Counted from the stretch's first letter, positions 37,510-51,727 are shown. The stretch: 64,000 bases of DNA from Vicugna vicugna (GCA_013265495.1 MU057930.1:381599-445598); one strand, 5' to 3'. The notes: a model not told the origin generated them from the sequence alone. Made by a program: numbers and translations.

Positions 37510-38220
37510 CAGATTGGTGTCTGCTGACTCCGCCCTGTCTGGTATTGCCTCGGGGAGAAATGTATACTTAATTAGAGAGACAAGATGTTTTATCTCCCCT
37601 GCAACCGAACCCCCCGGGATTGTTTCTGAATTACGTCCAGCAAGACAGATCGTGGGGATAATCTGGGAGGGGGTGGGTGTCCAGTATGTCAATGCCACGC
37701 CCCACGTGGATTGCTGTTACAGAGCAAGTGAAGTGACACAAGACAAGCCATAACCTGGCATTAGGAATTAAGATGTGGGCATAAAAGACCCCAAGACATT
37801 ATGATTCTGCACACAAGGGAAATTCATGAACACTCAGCTCAAGAAGGCAGCCAGCTGGCTCTGCAGATGATCTGTATATATTCTCACTACGGAGACCTTT
37901 TTCACCAGAACATTGCTTCTTGAGATGAGATGTTCTATGAAAGGTGTCTCTGGGTGGTTCTGTGAATTCTAGATGCCAAGTCCTGGAGCATCAGGCCAAA
38001 GACACAGGTGTCTCCAGGTCAACCTCCTTGGAGGGACACACTGCACCTGAGTTGTGTAGAAACACCAAAAGGAGGTGTCAAAACAGGTTTGAATCTGTTC
38101 TCAGGGATGAGAACCACAAAGGGTGTATGAGTTTCCATCCTGAATAAGACAATAGAAAAGGAAAAATGTCTTAAATACAGGGTCCCGTGGCAGCTCCATT
38201 AGAAGCTGGTCTGAAATCTC
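37510..38220 (+). repeat. Inverted repeat, right arm (identical core 37620-38012), in an ARSF intron
   Basis: Base-by-base reverse-complement match to the left arm. Confidence 0.95.
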
Positions 38221-38838
38221 ATCAGTTCAAGTGCCTGGTATTTATCATCTGATCATGGAGTAGGGATCCACTGATAAGAGAATTATCCATGATTTGATTG
38301 ACGATGTGGGACTTGAGACAGAGCAAAATTATCAAGTACACTCAGCTGGTCTCTTAATTCTCTCCTTTCTTCTGTGGCATCTTTGTCTTCGCTTTGCGTG
38401 TGTGGTTTTTCTTCTGTGCAAGCAAATGTTCCTTCAGCAACGCTGCTATATGCACGGGTCTAAATTCCAATGTGACAGAAAATCCATCAGGAAAAGTTAC
38501 CAGGAAAAGCATGACCCTTCTTCGCTGGATTTCAACTCAAGGGTCTTGGTATCTCTTGCCCAAAGAAGGCTTTGTTTCTGGGTGAACGTTTTCCAACTTC
38601 ACCTCCTGGGAGAACATTGTAGTCTGTGTGTGAGTTGAGCGTCCAGGAATGCCTCCCTTTGAGCGCGGCTGGCTGGTACTATTCAACCGCGATGGCCAAT
38701 ACTTGGAAGAGGAATTTCTGAGCCCCGCGTGTGCCTGGGGAGAAGGTCTGCTAGGAGCCCTGTGCACTGACAGGAAGCCTGGAATTGAACGTAGCTCCTG
38801 AGACCATCCCTCTAAAAAAGTCCTCCTTTGCTTTGCAG

Positions 38839-38988
38839 GAGCCTCTTCACCTCCCTGCCTTGGTTGTGCGTACTCTTAAACACGTGCCCGTCACAAGGGG
38901 TAACCGGCGAGAAGCCTAATGTCGTCCTGATCATGGTGGATGACCTTGGCATTGGCGATCTCGGTTGCTATGGGAAAGACACAATGAG
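38839..38988 (+). CDS. ARSF: ARSF coding exon 2 ([16 protein letters not shown]...[26 protein letters not shown])
   Basis: 150 nt; tttgcag| acceptor and AG|gtaggg donor; LLNTC and LIMVDDLG are ARSF-like. Confidence 0.92.
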
Positions 38989-40626
38989 GTAGGGTCATCT
39001 CCTGAGTCCTACTTATCTATCGTTCAGGCTTGGACGATTGATACACTTTACAACTGTGTCTGCCTGCAAAACCCAAGTGATTTTTTTTTTAAACAAGCAA
39101 ATTATATTAAACTCAGGGCTGTTTGGACTGGATTCTTGGCTCTGCATTTACTAGCCGTCAAATCGTAGGCAAGTGTCTTGACCTCTGTGGGCCTTGTTTT
39201 TCTTCTTGGCTGACTGCAGAAGTCAATGGTATTACCTGTGATTTCATACATGCAAAGTGTTGAGAATTGCTACCTGGCACACACTGCATCCTCTTTGATA
39301 CAGACTATGAAGATGAGCAGTGATTTTCATGCCCTAGTTTTACTTGGCAGAATTAATCACTGTATGCTTCCTTATTTTGTAAGCCAAACAGAACTTGGAA
39401 GGTGGCATCTTATTTTGACAATGAGCACTCTCAAAGAAGAAAAACATGAAACAGAAACTCAGAGGCTTCTGCCGGATGATTAAAACCATCTGCATGAGCC
39501 CTGCCTATATAAAGGTTTGCAGTGTATCATTATAAGACATATGAACTGGACACATGAGGAATTCTTTCATGTCTCACTGATAGGTGTCAGAGCTACTCAT
39601 CTCTGCTTTGGATAAAAAAAAATTACGAGTCATGAAAAAGTAAATGTCAAAATTAATCATTACTTCTACTAAAAGGAGCAAAAGCTCAAAAAAAGTGCAT
39701 AAGGAAATGAATGGTAGACGTTTGTAGATATGGTGGAGTTGTGGGGTGTAAATATTTTGCTGAAAATGCCAGCTCCTTGAGAAGTAAGATCATAATGTAA
39801 CATCTAAAAGGAGTCATGTGTGCAGCAGGAATGCAGGCTATATATGCTAGCATATATATACATATACTTATATATGCAGGCATATCGATACACACCCCTA
39901 CATATTTGCAAATGGAACCACGCTTAAAAGACGGCGGATGAATTTCACGTTTAAATGCAGAGAAATGCTTTAGCAAAGCCGGAAATTCTGGAAGTATCAA
40001 GTTGCCATTCACCGTCTGTCTCATGAGCAAGCCTAGGACTGATTATTTTTTATTTTTACCCGACTACGAGACGGCTCCTCTTCTGTGGAAGTCTGCCTTG
40101 GAGTCCCTCCTTGGAATCACATATCCTTGTGTTTAATCACAGGGCAGTTTTTTGACCTACGTGTAGAGTAGGGACATCCATCAATGGAGTTGTGGGTGGA
40201 AATAATCGTTAGGTCTTAAGTAGCTGGATGTAACTAAAGTCTGTAAGTAATTAGCCATAATTAATCAAAGACACCGAAATAGTTTGTGTAAATATATATA
40301 TATATACACAAAAATATGTACATGCATTTTTTAAAATAGATACCAAACTGCAGAACCAATCCTGCAATTAGCAATAGTTGCATAAAAGCAAGTATTTTCA
40401 CCCTGAAGTGGACAAAGAAAAGAAAAGAAAAGAAAAGAAAACTGAGCAAGTGACCCTCTGTTCCCTCCTGAGTTCAGAGAATTGCAGTGAACAGGGATGA
40501 TGGCTACCTTCAGATCTCTCTTCTCAATCCCGCTCTCTCCCTGTGTCTCTCTGCTCTCTCTCTCTCTCTCCTTTCCACGCCCCGTTCTCCGTCTCTCTCC
40601 AATTATCCTCCTACCTCTCTTCTCAG

Positions 40627-40748
40627 GACTCCTCACGTCGACCGCTTAGCCAGGGAAGGTGTGCGGCTGACGCAGCACATCTCGGCAGCCTCGATGTGTA
40701 GTCCCAGCCGATCTGCTTTCCTGACGGGAAGATACCCCATCCGCTCAG
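40627..40748 (+). CDS. ARSF: ARSF coding exon 3 ([11 protein letters not shown]...[17 protein letters not shown])
   Basis: 122 nt; catalytic CSPSR motif. Confidence 0.94.
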
Positions 40749-41028
40749 GTGTGTCAGCCCCGAAGCCCGCTGTCCCGTTAGGGTGGTGTGTCTGTGCGTG
40801 TCTGAGAGCGTCGTGCGTGCTCGTGCAAGAACGGAAAAGGGGCATTGCGTGTGGCGGGGTGTGAGCTCCGTTTGCAGAGCACCATCTCCTTCCTCACGAG
40901 ATGTCTTCTGTTCCGTGCACAGACCACCTCTCCTCCTTCCAGGAAGCTCCCAATCTCTCTCACGCTTCAACCGATGATCGCCTGCCCACTGTAGGTGCAT
41001 TTTATTTTATGTTTCACGTTCCATTCAG

Positions 41029-41151
41029 GAATGGTTTCTAACAGAACTGTCCGTGTCATCCGGTCCCTTGGAGTGTCTGCTGGACTCCCTACAAATGAAA
41101 CGACATTCGCCGCCTTACTCAAGAACCAAGGGTACAGCACAGGACTCATCG
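41029..41151 (+). CDS. ARSF: ARSF coding exon 4 ([14 protein letters not shown]...[19 protein letters not shown])
   Basis: 123 nt; canonical splice sites. Confidence 0.92.
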
Positions 41152-41567
41152 GTGAGACGTGATTTGTTAGTTTGACCCATTTACCTTAAAGTAAGGATAT
41201 ACGTTTCTCTAGCCTCGACTTACTGTGTTCTTGAAATCCCTTTATTTGAAAATCTGTTTGGTTATGTGCCCAGGAGTGGGATTGCTGGATCAGCTGAACT
41301 CATCTGCAAAACAGAAAGAGACTCACAGACGTAGTAAACAGCCTTATGATTACCGGGGGAGAGTAGGAGGGAAGGGATAAATTTGGGGATGAGAGATCTG
41401 CAGATGATAACCACTGTGTGTTAAAATAGATTAAAAAAAAACAAATTTCTGTACAGCACAGGAAACGATATTCAATATCTTATAATAACCTTTAATGGAA
41501 ATGAATATACGTATGTATATGTATTATATATGGTTGGGGCAACAGCCAAGCCAGCATAGCTGTTTGA

Positions 41568-41604
<37 letters not shown>

Positions 41605-42259
41605 CTGGATAAATGGTACCTACTCATCCATTTCTGACATAATTCAGGCACCACTGAAAAACCCTTTTGCACCCGACCCCTCAATCTTCACCAGATGTTC
41701 ATCCTATGTGTTTACGTACCACCCTGTGAACCTCACCTTTGCAAACACTCCCCTGTGCTATGATGATCTTTGTACATGATTCTCTGCAGACTCTGAAATC
41801 TTTCATCTCAGCCACCATGTCCAATTTAACAAATGTAATTGATCCACCCAAGAACACATAAATATCTCTCTGCACTGCTAACTTTATACATGGTGTCAAC
41901 ATTGGACTCTGTCTACACCCTTTATCCATTACCCATTATCCAAACAGAAAAAAAGAAAAGAGTTTCCAGTGAATGTTTATTTTTCAAACTTCACACCCTC
42001 TATCTGTCACCCAAACAGGAAAAAAGAGAATTTCAAATAAATGTCTCTTCGAAAATGTCCACGTTCTGTATCTTTCACCTAAACAAAGAAACAAACAAAC
42101 AAAAAAGACATTCAAATAAATGTCTGTTGAACATTGTCCACACCCTGTATCTGTTAACCGAAACCGAGATAAGGAGCATTTACATCCCATTAGAAATTCC
42201 TTCCTGCCCCATCCCAGCGCATCCCTCTGATTTGACTCCTTTTTGCCTCCACTCCTGTT

Positions 42260-42407
42260 CTGTTGGTTTGTTTGTTTGTTTGCGGGGTTAAGGAGGAAGA
42301 GAAATAATTAGACTTATTTATTTATGTTAGTGGAGGTACTGAGGACTGAACACAGGGCCTTGTGCATGCTAAGCCTGTGCTCTACCCCTGAGCTACACCC
42401 CCCTCCC
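42260..42407 (-). mobile_element. tRNA-derived SINE
   Basis: Reverse consensus. Confidence 0.8.
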
Positions 42408-43134
42408 TCCAATCCTCTTCTTGACGATCAATTCAGAAGAGAAACACTTGGTGCTCCTTTTGGCAACAATCATGGTCTCTAGTTAACTGTGTGTATCGCA
42501 GTGAGACGGCGTTGCCCAGGGACAAAATCATTAACAACTACAGATGGGAGGGGATTTCTGAGAAAAAAACCTGTCTCCTTAATTCAGAGACAAGGAAATG
42601 GATTCTTCTCAAGGCGGAAGAGCGCAGGAGGTGTTTTAAAGGGACAGCTGCATAACAAGGAAGATCCGATTTCTCAGGCTCCCTGCCCCTTTCACATTGT
42701 CCCACTGTTTGGTCTTCCGCCCAGCTCATTATTTCATTCAGGCTGGACCCTATGGATGTCCTTCTCCTCACTATCTCCTCACTATCACTATTGTGATTTT
42801 GGTAATAAATGTGACATGGACCAGCGAAGACCATCTCGCTGAAGTGGCTGAGCAGAAAACTGACGGCCGTAGCACGACCTCTCATCCACCTGCCGCCTCA
42901 GGCGCTCGGAGATGTGTACGTGCATCCTCCATGTGGTCACAGCTGCATGCAAGAAAATGTTAATATTTTAGAAGACACACATGATCACACTCCCCGAGGG
43001 TCCACACATTAGCAGGACTCATGCGGATCTTTCATGTACTGTTGCGGGTGTGGCACATTTTACTGCCTAAATCCCTTACTTCAGTGAACTTCAGTGGGAG
43101 ACCCTAGGATTTCCATCCAGCCAAACAGCCGAGC

Positions 43135-43213
43135 ACCCATTCATCCATACTCAGTCCATCCTCCGTCATTTATCTGTATCTATCATCTGTCTGTCTATCT
43201 ATCTATCCATCTA

Positions 43214-43302
<89 letters not shown>

Positions 43303-43856
43303 CCTACCTATCTTTCCATCCAGCTAACCGTCCATCTATCTGTTCTGTCTACCTACCATCCCACTAATATCTAATCACACATCTATCTATTCATCTATCC
43401 ATCCATCTACCCATAAATACAGATAAGCATGCCCCATCCATCTTCCATCATTTATTTGTATATATCATACCTACCTATCCATTCATCCAACCATCAGTCA
43501 TCTCTCTATTCATCATGTATCCTCTATTTTGTCTCTATCATTTACCTATATTTGTGGCTATAATTTATTTATGTCTCTGTCTATCTAGCCATCCACCTAT
43601 TCATCCATCTATCTCCTATTCTATCTCACTGCCTAATATCTATCTACCTACCTACTTGTCCATCATCTACAATCTGCCTTGTCTCTGTCGTGGATGTGTC
43701 TTTGTGCCTATGACTTTGTCCTCTCTGTGAATGAGCAACTGCCTACTTCAGATCTTTGCTACAAATCCACAATGATATTTCTCTCGGTTTTCTTTTCGTC
43801 CTATCTGGTCACTCACAACCAGATCTCAACACAAACTTCTACAAGATAGAGAAGGA

Positions 43857-43888
<32 letters not shown>

Positions 43889-43920
43889 AACAAACAAACA
43901 AACAAACAAACAAACAAACG
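43135..43920. repeat. (TATC)n array, degenerate TCCA/TATC tract and (GAAA)n(CAAA)n
   Basis: Direct inspection. Confidence 0.9.
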
Positions 43921-44073
43921 TGAGTCTATGCTCAACTGAGATGTTTTAGCCAAGGGGAAGTATCTGCTCATCCATTTTTGTGCATTGGCCGATTGTTTCA
44001 AATGAAGAAAGTCTCATGGTCTTTGGCATGTGCTGACGTATCATGCTTTGCTCACGTGTGTGTTTAATTTCAG

Positions 44074-44497
44074 GCAAGTGGCATCAGGGCTTAAATTGCC
44101 AATCACGAAGTGACCATTGCCACCACCCATATAATTATGGATTTGATTACTTCTACGGGATGCCATATACACTGCTGGAGTCCTGCTGGCCAGATCCTTC
44201 CCGCAACACGGAATTAGCCATCTCAAGCAGACTCTGGCTCTGTGTGCAGCTGGTCATCTTGGCAGCTCTCACTTTTACGTTGGGGAAACTGAGTCGCTGG
44301 ATCGCTGTCTCCTGGTCCCTCATCCTCTCCATGATTCTTTTTGTTTTCCTCCTGGGCTACTTCTGGTTGTCCAGCTATACATCCCAGCTGTACTGGGATT
44401 GCCTCCTCCTTCGAGACCACAAGATCACCGAACAGCCCATGAAGGCAGAACGAGCTGGGTACATCATGGTGAGGGAGGCGGTTTCATTTTTAGAAAG
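44074..44497 (+). CDS. ARSF: ARSF coding exon 5 (KWHQGLNC...[10 protein letters not shown]...[12 protein letters not shown]...two TM helices...SFLER)
   Basis: 424 nt; HHPYNYGFD and [11 protein letters not shown] match human ARSF rather than ARSH. Confidence 0.95.
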
Positions 44498-47384
44498 GTA
44501 AAGCTAATTTTTAAAAGAATCCATGTGCTAATGATGAAAGAATGAGTTTTTTTTTTTTTAAAAAAAGGAGATGACAACTTGAACCATATTGAGTCAAGAC
44601 AAGGAATTTGCTAAGCATTGCCATACTTATGGCTTCACAATCATGTGACGTGTTTTAGAGGCCAGGTGGACTTTTCCAGCAGTACCTCATATTGGGTCAG
44701 GCCAAGGTCAGATCACCCTAGATTCAAGCCCGTAGATTGGACTTATTAATTAACAGCGTCTATTGTCAGTGTGTTAATTTACAACGGGAAACATATTTGC
44801 CAGGGAAGTGGACGGTAGAATAGGCTGACCATTTTATTATTTCACTGCTAGGGAAAAAAAATTTACTTGGGAAATTTAAATCAGAAGGGCTGCCTTGGAG
44901 CACATGATGTCTAAGGGATATTATTTGGAAGAGGTCAGCGTTAATCATTATAAAGCCGTGATGCCTCCACAGCACGGCAGCTGCGAACTCCCCCAGGGAG
45001 CCATGTTCACCACTGTCCTCTACTTGTTGGATTACACATTTCTCTTACGAAAAGGTGGTGGACAGGTTTTCTGCGGACCCTTCCAATGTTCACTGAGGTT
45101 TTGTCTTTCCCGATCGCCATCCTGGGGTCTGGGCTTCCAGGAACAGTTCATATTTAGTGATGGCAACAGGCATCCACGGTAAGAAAGAGGCTCGTGGGCA
45201 CATGTGTAGGGTGTGCTACTGGTCCTTACAGTAGAGACCTGGCAAGAGTACCCTTGAGACGATGATCTCTTACCTGAATCTTCAAAGGTGAGTCATAGGG
45301 AGTGGAAAGGAAGGAGTGGGCTGCAATGACTGGCAGCAACACAAGTCAAAGGAAGATGGCATGTTGGCAAGAATCCGTGAGCAGTTTGGTCTCAACATGG
45401 AGTATTCCAAGCCAGGATGGGTCAGGAGAAATGTCAGTATATTTGGCTGTCAACTCAACGGAGAGTTGACTGAGGGTGTAAAGGTTTTTCTATAACCTGG
45501 TGATTAATTTTGCCCCAACCCCATAGCCCAGATAAAGATAAAGAAGACTAAGGGAGGTTGAGCCATCTTTGCATTGTAGATACAACGGAATGGCTGGTTT
45601 CCTTTAGGGCCGATGAACGTACAGAGTTCTGGGCGTTTGGACAAAGGGCACACTGGCAAGTGGCAAGGTGGCATCTGGCCCTTCCAGACCTCAAGAGGAG
45701 CAATCCCGTTCCGCTGGGTCAGCCAGTTCGAGTCTCCAAACAGCCCCACAATTGTCACTCACTGTTCCCCACAAGTACTTCAAGAATACATGCTGGTGTG
45801 GACCTGCTTTCTTCACCAAAACCTCGGCTGACTTTCAAAAGTTCTAGGCGCTCTCCAATGACACAGTCTCGAGAGGGAAGAGCCACAGACGGTGAGCAGA
45901 GACTCTGAAGCTCTGCGAGCTGCTCTGTTCATGCGCCATCATGTGATCACAAGCTGGTGGCTGAAGTTCTCAAATCCAGAAACTGCTTTTCATCCAGGTT
46001 CTCAGTGTGTGAGTTGTCTCCCAGGGCTGCAGCCATATCCATGTATTTATTATATTACAGTTCTTGGGGTCAGAAATCCGAAATTAGTCTCATGGGGACT
46101 AAAATCAAGGCGCTGGCACGACCAGTTCCTTCTGGAGGTTCTAGGTGGGGAATCTCTTCCTCCTCTCTTCCAGCATCTAGAGGTCACCTGCATCCCTTGG
46201 CTCGTAGCTCTCTTGCTCCCACCTCTGCTTCTGTTGACACCCATCCTCTTGTATTTTTTCTGAGTTTGACCCTATTACCTTCCTCTTATAAGGACTCTTG
46301 GGATTGCAATGTGTCCACCCGAATAATCCAGGATGCAGGTGCTGGGATTCGGATCCGTGGGCATCTTTGGGGTGAGGCATTATTCAGCCCACCGCATTGA
46401 GCATCACTCTTTATTTTGACACCTTAGTTGGGCATGCTAAGTGGTTTTAAAACTTAACACGTGCTCTCAGTGTGAGATCGTCAACCCCCACCCCACCCTT
46501 ATTTCACACCTGATTTCGGTGTGAAGAATGACATCGTCTGAAGGAGACTCGATGTAGCACAGCCAACTCTGAGGTGGAAAGTCATCTTCCCTGGTCCACC
46601 TTCATGAAGACACAGAGTGAAATCATACTGCAGAACAAAACCTCTTCTGGTCTGATTCTAGCAATCGACCTCCTCCTTCATCATTTCCTGTGCCTTTTCC
46701 TTTAAAATATTAGATTCCTGGGGCTGCTATAAAATAGTCCCACACACTGGGTGGCTTAAAGCAAGAGACGTTTATTCTCTCATGGCTCTGGAGGCCAGAA
46801 GTCCAAAATCAAGGTGTTTTCTGAGCCATACTCTAGATTACAGGGTCCTTCCTTGCGTCTTCCAGACACTGGTGGTTGCTGACAACCACTGGCATTCCTT
46901 GGCTTGTAGCTGTAGGTTCCAGGTGGATGTTAATTTTGGAGGATGCTATTCAATCTAGCCCGCCATGGCACAACCCCTCCCCCCTTTTTTTTAAGTTCAT
47001 TTCCCCACCCCACCCCATTCTCTGCACTCTGATATCTCATCAGAGCAGACATTTCTCCAAGACGGTCATTTGTGTTATGTGCTGCCCTGGTTCTCTGAGG
47101 ACCTTTCTTTCCAGCAGGCAGATTGTCAAGACTTGACGTGGGTCAGGGTCGTTCCCTGTGCCCTCACATGAGAACCAAAGGTGTGGGGACAGTTTGCCAA
47201 GAAGTTGCTGTCCTTGCTTGCTCTTGGGTTGTGCAAATGTCGAAGTTCCTAAAAAGTCCTGTGTCTCTTGGGCTGTGACTCTAGTCCGGGACTTTATGAG
47301 CCACGGGAAAGTGTGCCAAGGAGAGCTAGATTAAATTTTTTAACTCCCTGGTGACAGGGAGAGCTAGTTTTTTTTTTTCCTTTT

Positions 47385-47865
47385 CAGTTATAGTTTATTA
47401 TAAGATATTGAATATAGTTCCCTGTGCTATACAGTAAATCTTTGTTGGTTATCTATTTTATATTCACTGGTGCGTATCTGTTAATCACAAATTCCTAATT
47501 ATATAGTAGTATGTATCTGTTAATCTCAAACTCTTAATTTATCCCTGCCACTGTCCCTCTTTGGCAACCATCGTCTGTTTTCTACGTCTGTGAATCTGTT
47601 TCTGTTTCATAAATAGGTTCATTCATATTCTTTTTGTTAGATTCCACATATGAGTGATATCATATAATATTTGTCTTTCTCTGTCTGACTTACTTTACTT
47701 AGTATGACAGTCTCCAGGTCCATCCATGTTGCTGCAAACGGCATTATTTCATTCTTTTTCATGGCTGAGTAGTATTCCATTGTATAAATATACCACTTCT
47801 TCTTTATCCAATCATCTGCTGATGGACATTTAGATTGTTTCCATGCTTTGGCTATTGTAAATAAT
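47385..47865 (-). mobile_element. LINE-1 3' fragment
   Basis: ccatccatgttgctgcaaacggcattatttcattctttttcatggctgagtagtattccatt. Confidence 0.9.
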
Positions 47866-48059
47866 CAGGCAGGGCTACTTCTCAGTGCAGTAGTCCTAGG
47901 TACATCCGGGGGAGCTGTCCAGATTCTGGAGGGTCCTGGAATCCACCCCAGGCTAGGATGATCTCTTAAATGGGCTGCCTCAGGTGGAGAAGGATTGGAA
48001 TATTGCTCACTTTCCCAGGTTTTGCAAACTCAGAAGCAGTGTGATTGATGTCTTCTCAG

Positions 48060-48196
48060 GCACCATCAAGGACCCTTCCTCCTCCTTTTCTGCTTTCTTC
48101 ATGTGCACATCCCTCTCCCCACGGCGGATGCCTTCTTGGGCGTCAGCAAGCACGGTCTGTACGGGGATAACCTGCAGGAGATGGACACCATGCTGG
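48060..48196 (+). CDS. ARSF: ARSF coding exon 6 ([20 protein letters not shown]...[12 protein letters not shown])
   Basis: 137 nt; tctcag| acceptor and G|gtaagt donor. Confidence 0.92.
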
Positions 48197-50379
48197 GTAA
48201 GTGTCAGGACATAAGGAGACGAATGAAACCTCTGTGTTTGATGTTTTAGGACACCCAGAAACTGCCCACAACCAACCTGCAAAGGACACCCTTGCTCCAT
48301 AGCTGAGTGGCTGCTTGTGTAGGGCAAAGAGGTTAGGGACACAGACGAGGAAAGAGAGCTGGGTTCTTCGGGGGCATCTCATAACCCACCCCCTCACCAC
48401 TCTTCCATGCAGGCATTTCACAGGTACCAGGCAAGTCCCAGAAACTTCCCCAAAGCTGGCTTCCTTGCAAGGTCAAGCCCAGTTAGAAGCTTTGATGCAA
48501 ATCCCCTACCCCTCCCAGGGAGAAACCCCTGGTGCCTAGTGAGTCATGCATCCTAAATGGGAGAGAATTCAGTACCTCGTATCTCAAAGCAGGTTCCTCA
48601 AGAACCCTGAAAGCAGGATGTGTGTCCAGCACGAGGAGGAAGCGTGAGAGATGAGACCAGGAGGGGAGTGGTGGCTGGACCTGCGGGGAGGATTGGAATC
48701 GGGAAAATTGGGGTGGGATGCATCAAGGCAAGGGACTGCTGATACAGCTCCACTAGGCAGGGCAGGTGAGAGGGTGCAAAAGTGCCTTAGAAAGTTTTCT
48801 ATATACATTATTGCATTACATTACATTGTATCATTATATTATATTGTATTACATAGATTACCAAATGACATTGTCTTATATTTACTACACAGATTACAAA
48901 ATTATATTATATTATATTACAAATATATACAATATGCAAGTTATATAGAATCTATACATGTAAATAAATATTGAAATATACATATAGATATTTCTATATA
49001 ATATGTGTATCTCTAGCATCCATTGAAGATTCTAAGGATTTCAACCCAGACAACTATATCCTTTACAGATACCAGCAGACTTGGAGATGCTTCTATCCCC
49101 TGTATTTAGAGAGATTAAAGAACTTAATTAGATAGTGGCCATGGGGAGGCTACAAACAGTTTTTTAGCACATTTATACATATAGATATAAAATGTATAAT
49201 ACATATGTTGTAACTTTAGATAGAATATGCCTATAATATAAAATGTAAATTTAATCTTTATATAAACACATCATCTAATACAAATTTACATACATTGTAT
49301 GTATTTCAGTTGATGTTAGGAATATATATATATATATATATTGCATTTATATTATGGATTTATATTTATAGAAAGGGATGAACCATTTCTATGACCACAA
49401 CCATATTCTCTTTTTAATCTAACTACTAAGAATAGTAACATCTCAAAGTAACTTGATAACTGGATGCAGCTACCAGCCAAGGGATGCGAGAGCGTCTCAA
49501 GCCACCATCAGGAGGTAGGAAGGGGCATGGAAGAATCATGCCCGAGAGATTTGAGAGAGAGACGAGGAGGGCGAGAGCCAGCCCACACCTTCACCCAGAA
49601 CTTCTGGCCTCCAGCAATATGAGAGAAGGAATTTCTGTTCTTCTAAGTCCTCCAGCTTGTAGCAATTTGATAGAACAGCCCTAGGAAACTCACACAACTG
49701 GTTTACGAGAAACCGTCACCAATTCAATCAGCATACCTCACCATGCAAATTAAGGGCATTGAATGAAATGCGGGAAAAAATGGAACTTCAATATTGTTTC
49801 TCTCTGGATGATGGACAGAGCCAGTTAAAAAAAAAAAAGGATAGCCAAGGTCTTTACATTTCACAAAATATCAAAAGCGTACATCTTAACTAGCATACAA
49901 GAGGTCCCTTGCAAAGAGGAATGATTGGCAACCATACGACATTGCTTTGACTTCCTTAGTAAATAATTTTATAAGATAATGATAGAAACACCGAAGTCCC
50001 CAAAGAAGAGTCGGCAGGAAAAACATCACTTACAGATTCAAAGGGCAATTGTCAGTATAGGATTAGGAAGAAATCCATTTTCACTCATAGTTTAACTTCA
50101 TTATCTCTCAAACACCAGCTCCTGATGAGGAATTGAGAAAATGGACACTCATTATACACCAACTTGGGGAGTATAAAATGGTTCATCTTTTCCCTTGTCC
50201 ATTTAACCACTGATCTCTCTGTAAAAATTAAAATAAGATAAAATGAGATAAAATAAAATAAACTATACATTTTAGATGAGAATCATTTTTTGCAATGAAT
50301 CCCAATTGGGACTTATATTAATGTCCAAGTCTCATAGTATCAGTTTTATGTGTCGCTTTTTAAAAAAAAATAATTTCAG

Positions 50380-50514
50380 GCAAGATACTTGATGCCATTG
50401 ATAATCTGGGTCTGAAGAACAACACCCTCGTCTACTTTACATCAGACCACGGAGGGCATCTGGAGTCCAGGAGAGGCCACGTCCAGCTCGGAGGATGGAA
50501 CGGAATATACAAAG
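50380..50514 (+). CDS. ARSF: ARSF coding exon 7 ([10 protein letters not shown]...[14 protein letters not shown]...GWNGIYK)
   Basis: 135 nt; canonical splice sites. Confidence 0.93.
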
Positions 50515-51564
50515 GTGAGGATGCGAAATCTGAGAATCTGGTGGTGACAAAGCGCTCCTAGGCTCATTGTAATGAAAACCTATGAGGTGAAGAGATAAAT
50601 GCATGAAAGACTGTGTGCTTAGGGGACAAAACAAATCCACCATGGAAGCTGTTAACTACTGAAATTCAATTTTTTGCTCATGTATGTATATCTATGACCG
50701 ACCTATTATGCTGTGCACCAGAAATTGACACAACATTGCAAACTGACTATATTTCAATTTAAAAGAAATATCTTTATTTCTCAACAGACTATGATTAAAA
50801 CTCCACCTTGAGTAATTTAATGAAATAATGAAGATCTGTTAACACTGTAGAATGGCTTTTCCTCCTTGGAAAACCAGGGAATCTTGCTTTAATGCCAGTT
50901 ATCTTGGTGCCGTGAATTTTATCTTCTGCGTTCATTCTCAGTCATGCCCTGGTTTGGACAATAAATTAGCATATACCCATACCATTGCATTCAATGAGTT
51001 TTCAGGGTACCAAATGCAGCAGTGAACGAAAAAAAAAAAAAAAGATCCCTGCAATCATGGAATTTAAATTCTCATGGAGGGAGACACACCAGGAAAAGAA
51101 TAAATTCATAAATTATGTGGTAGGCTAGAAGTGATCATTACTATAGGAAAATAGAGCAGAAACAAAGGTGAGGGGACAAATAGAGAGGAAAAAAATTGGT
51201 GATGGGAGCGGTGCTGGTGTCTCGCTATATTAAATACTGTTCTAGCAGGTTGTGCTGAGAAGGTAACTTCGAGGAAAACTAGGAGGGTGGGAAAGAAGCA
51301 GATGTGCATCTGACATGACAGCATTTGAGGCGGAAGGGACAGCCCGTGCAAAGGCCCCCCGTTGAATATGGTCAAAATCGTACCAGCAGCCCCAGAAAAA
51401 TAATCCCGTGGGCACGTACTGCTGACCGTATCAGGACTCTGCACATGGCAGGCGCTGAGCCAATATTGTTCATCGAGGTTGTTCTGTAATTTAATTACGT
51501 GACCACTGTCACCAGAGTAGGACCATTCTAACTGGAATTTTGTAATCTTGACCCCGTAACATAG

Positions 51565-51727
51565 GTGGAAAAGGGATGGGCGGCTGGGAAGGTGGAATCC
51601 GTGTTCCGGGAATTATCCGATGGCCCGGAAAATTGCCAGCCGGGAAAGTGATTGATGAGCCAACAAGTTTAATGGATATTTTCCCAACTCTGGCTGCGGT
51701 GTCCGGGGGAACTCTGCCTCAGGACAG
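51565..51727 (+). CDS. ARSF: ARSF coding exon 8 ([22 protein letters not shown]...PQDR)
   Basis: 163 nt; canonical splice sites. Confidence 0.93.

Noticed and set aside
35053..38147. Duplicated small ORFs (MSLGGSVNSR..., MALTYWTPTP...) as a paired gene family
   Set aside because: They simply reflect the inverted repeat, use non-ATG starts and show no recognisable protein similarity.
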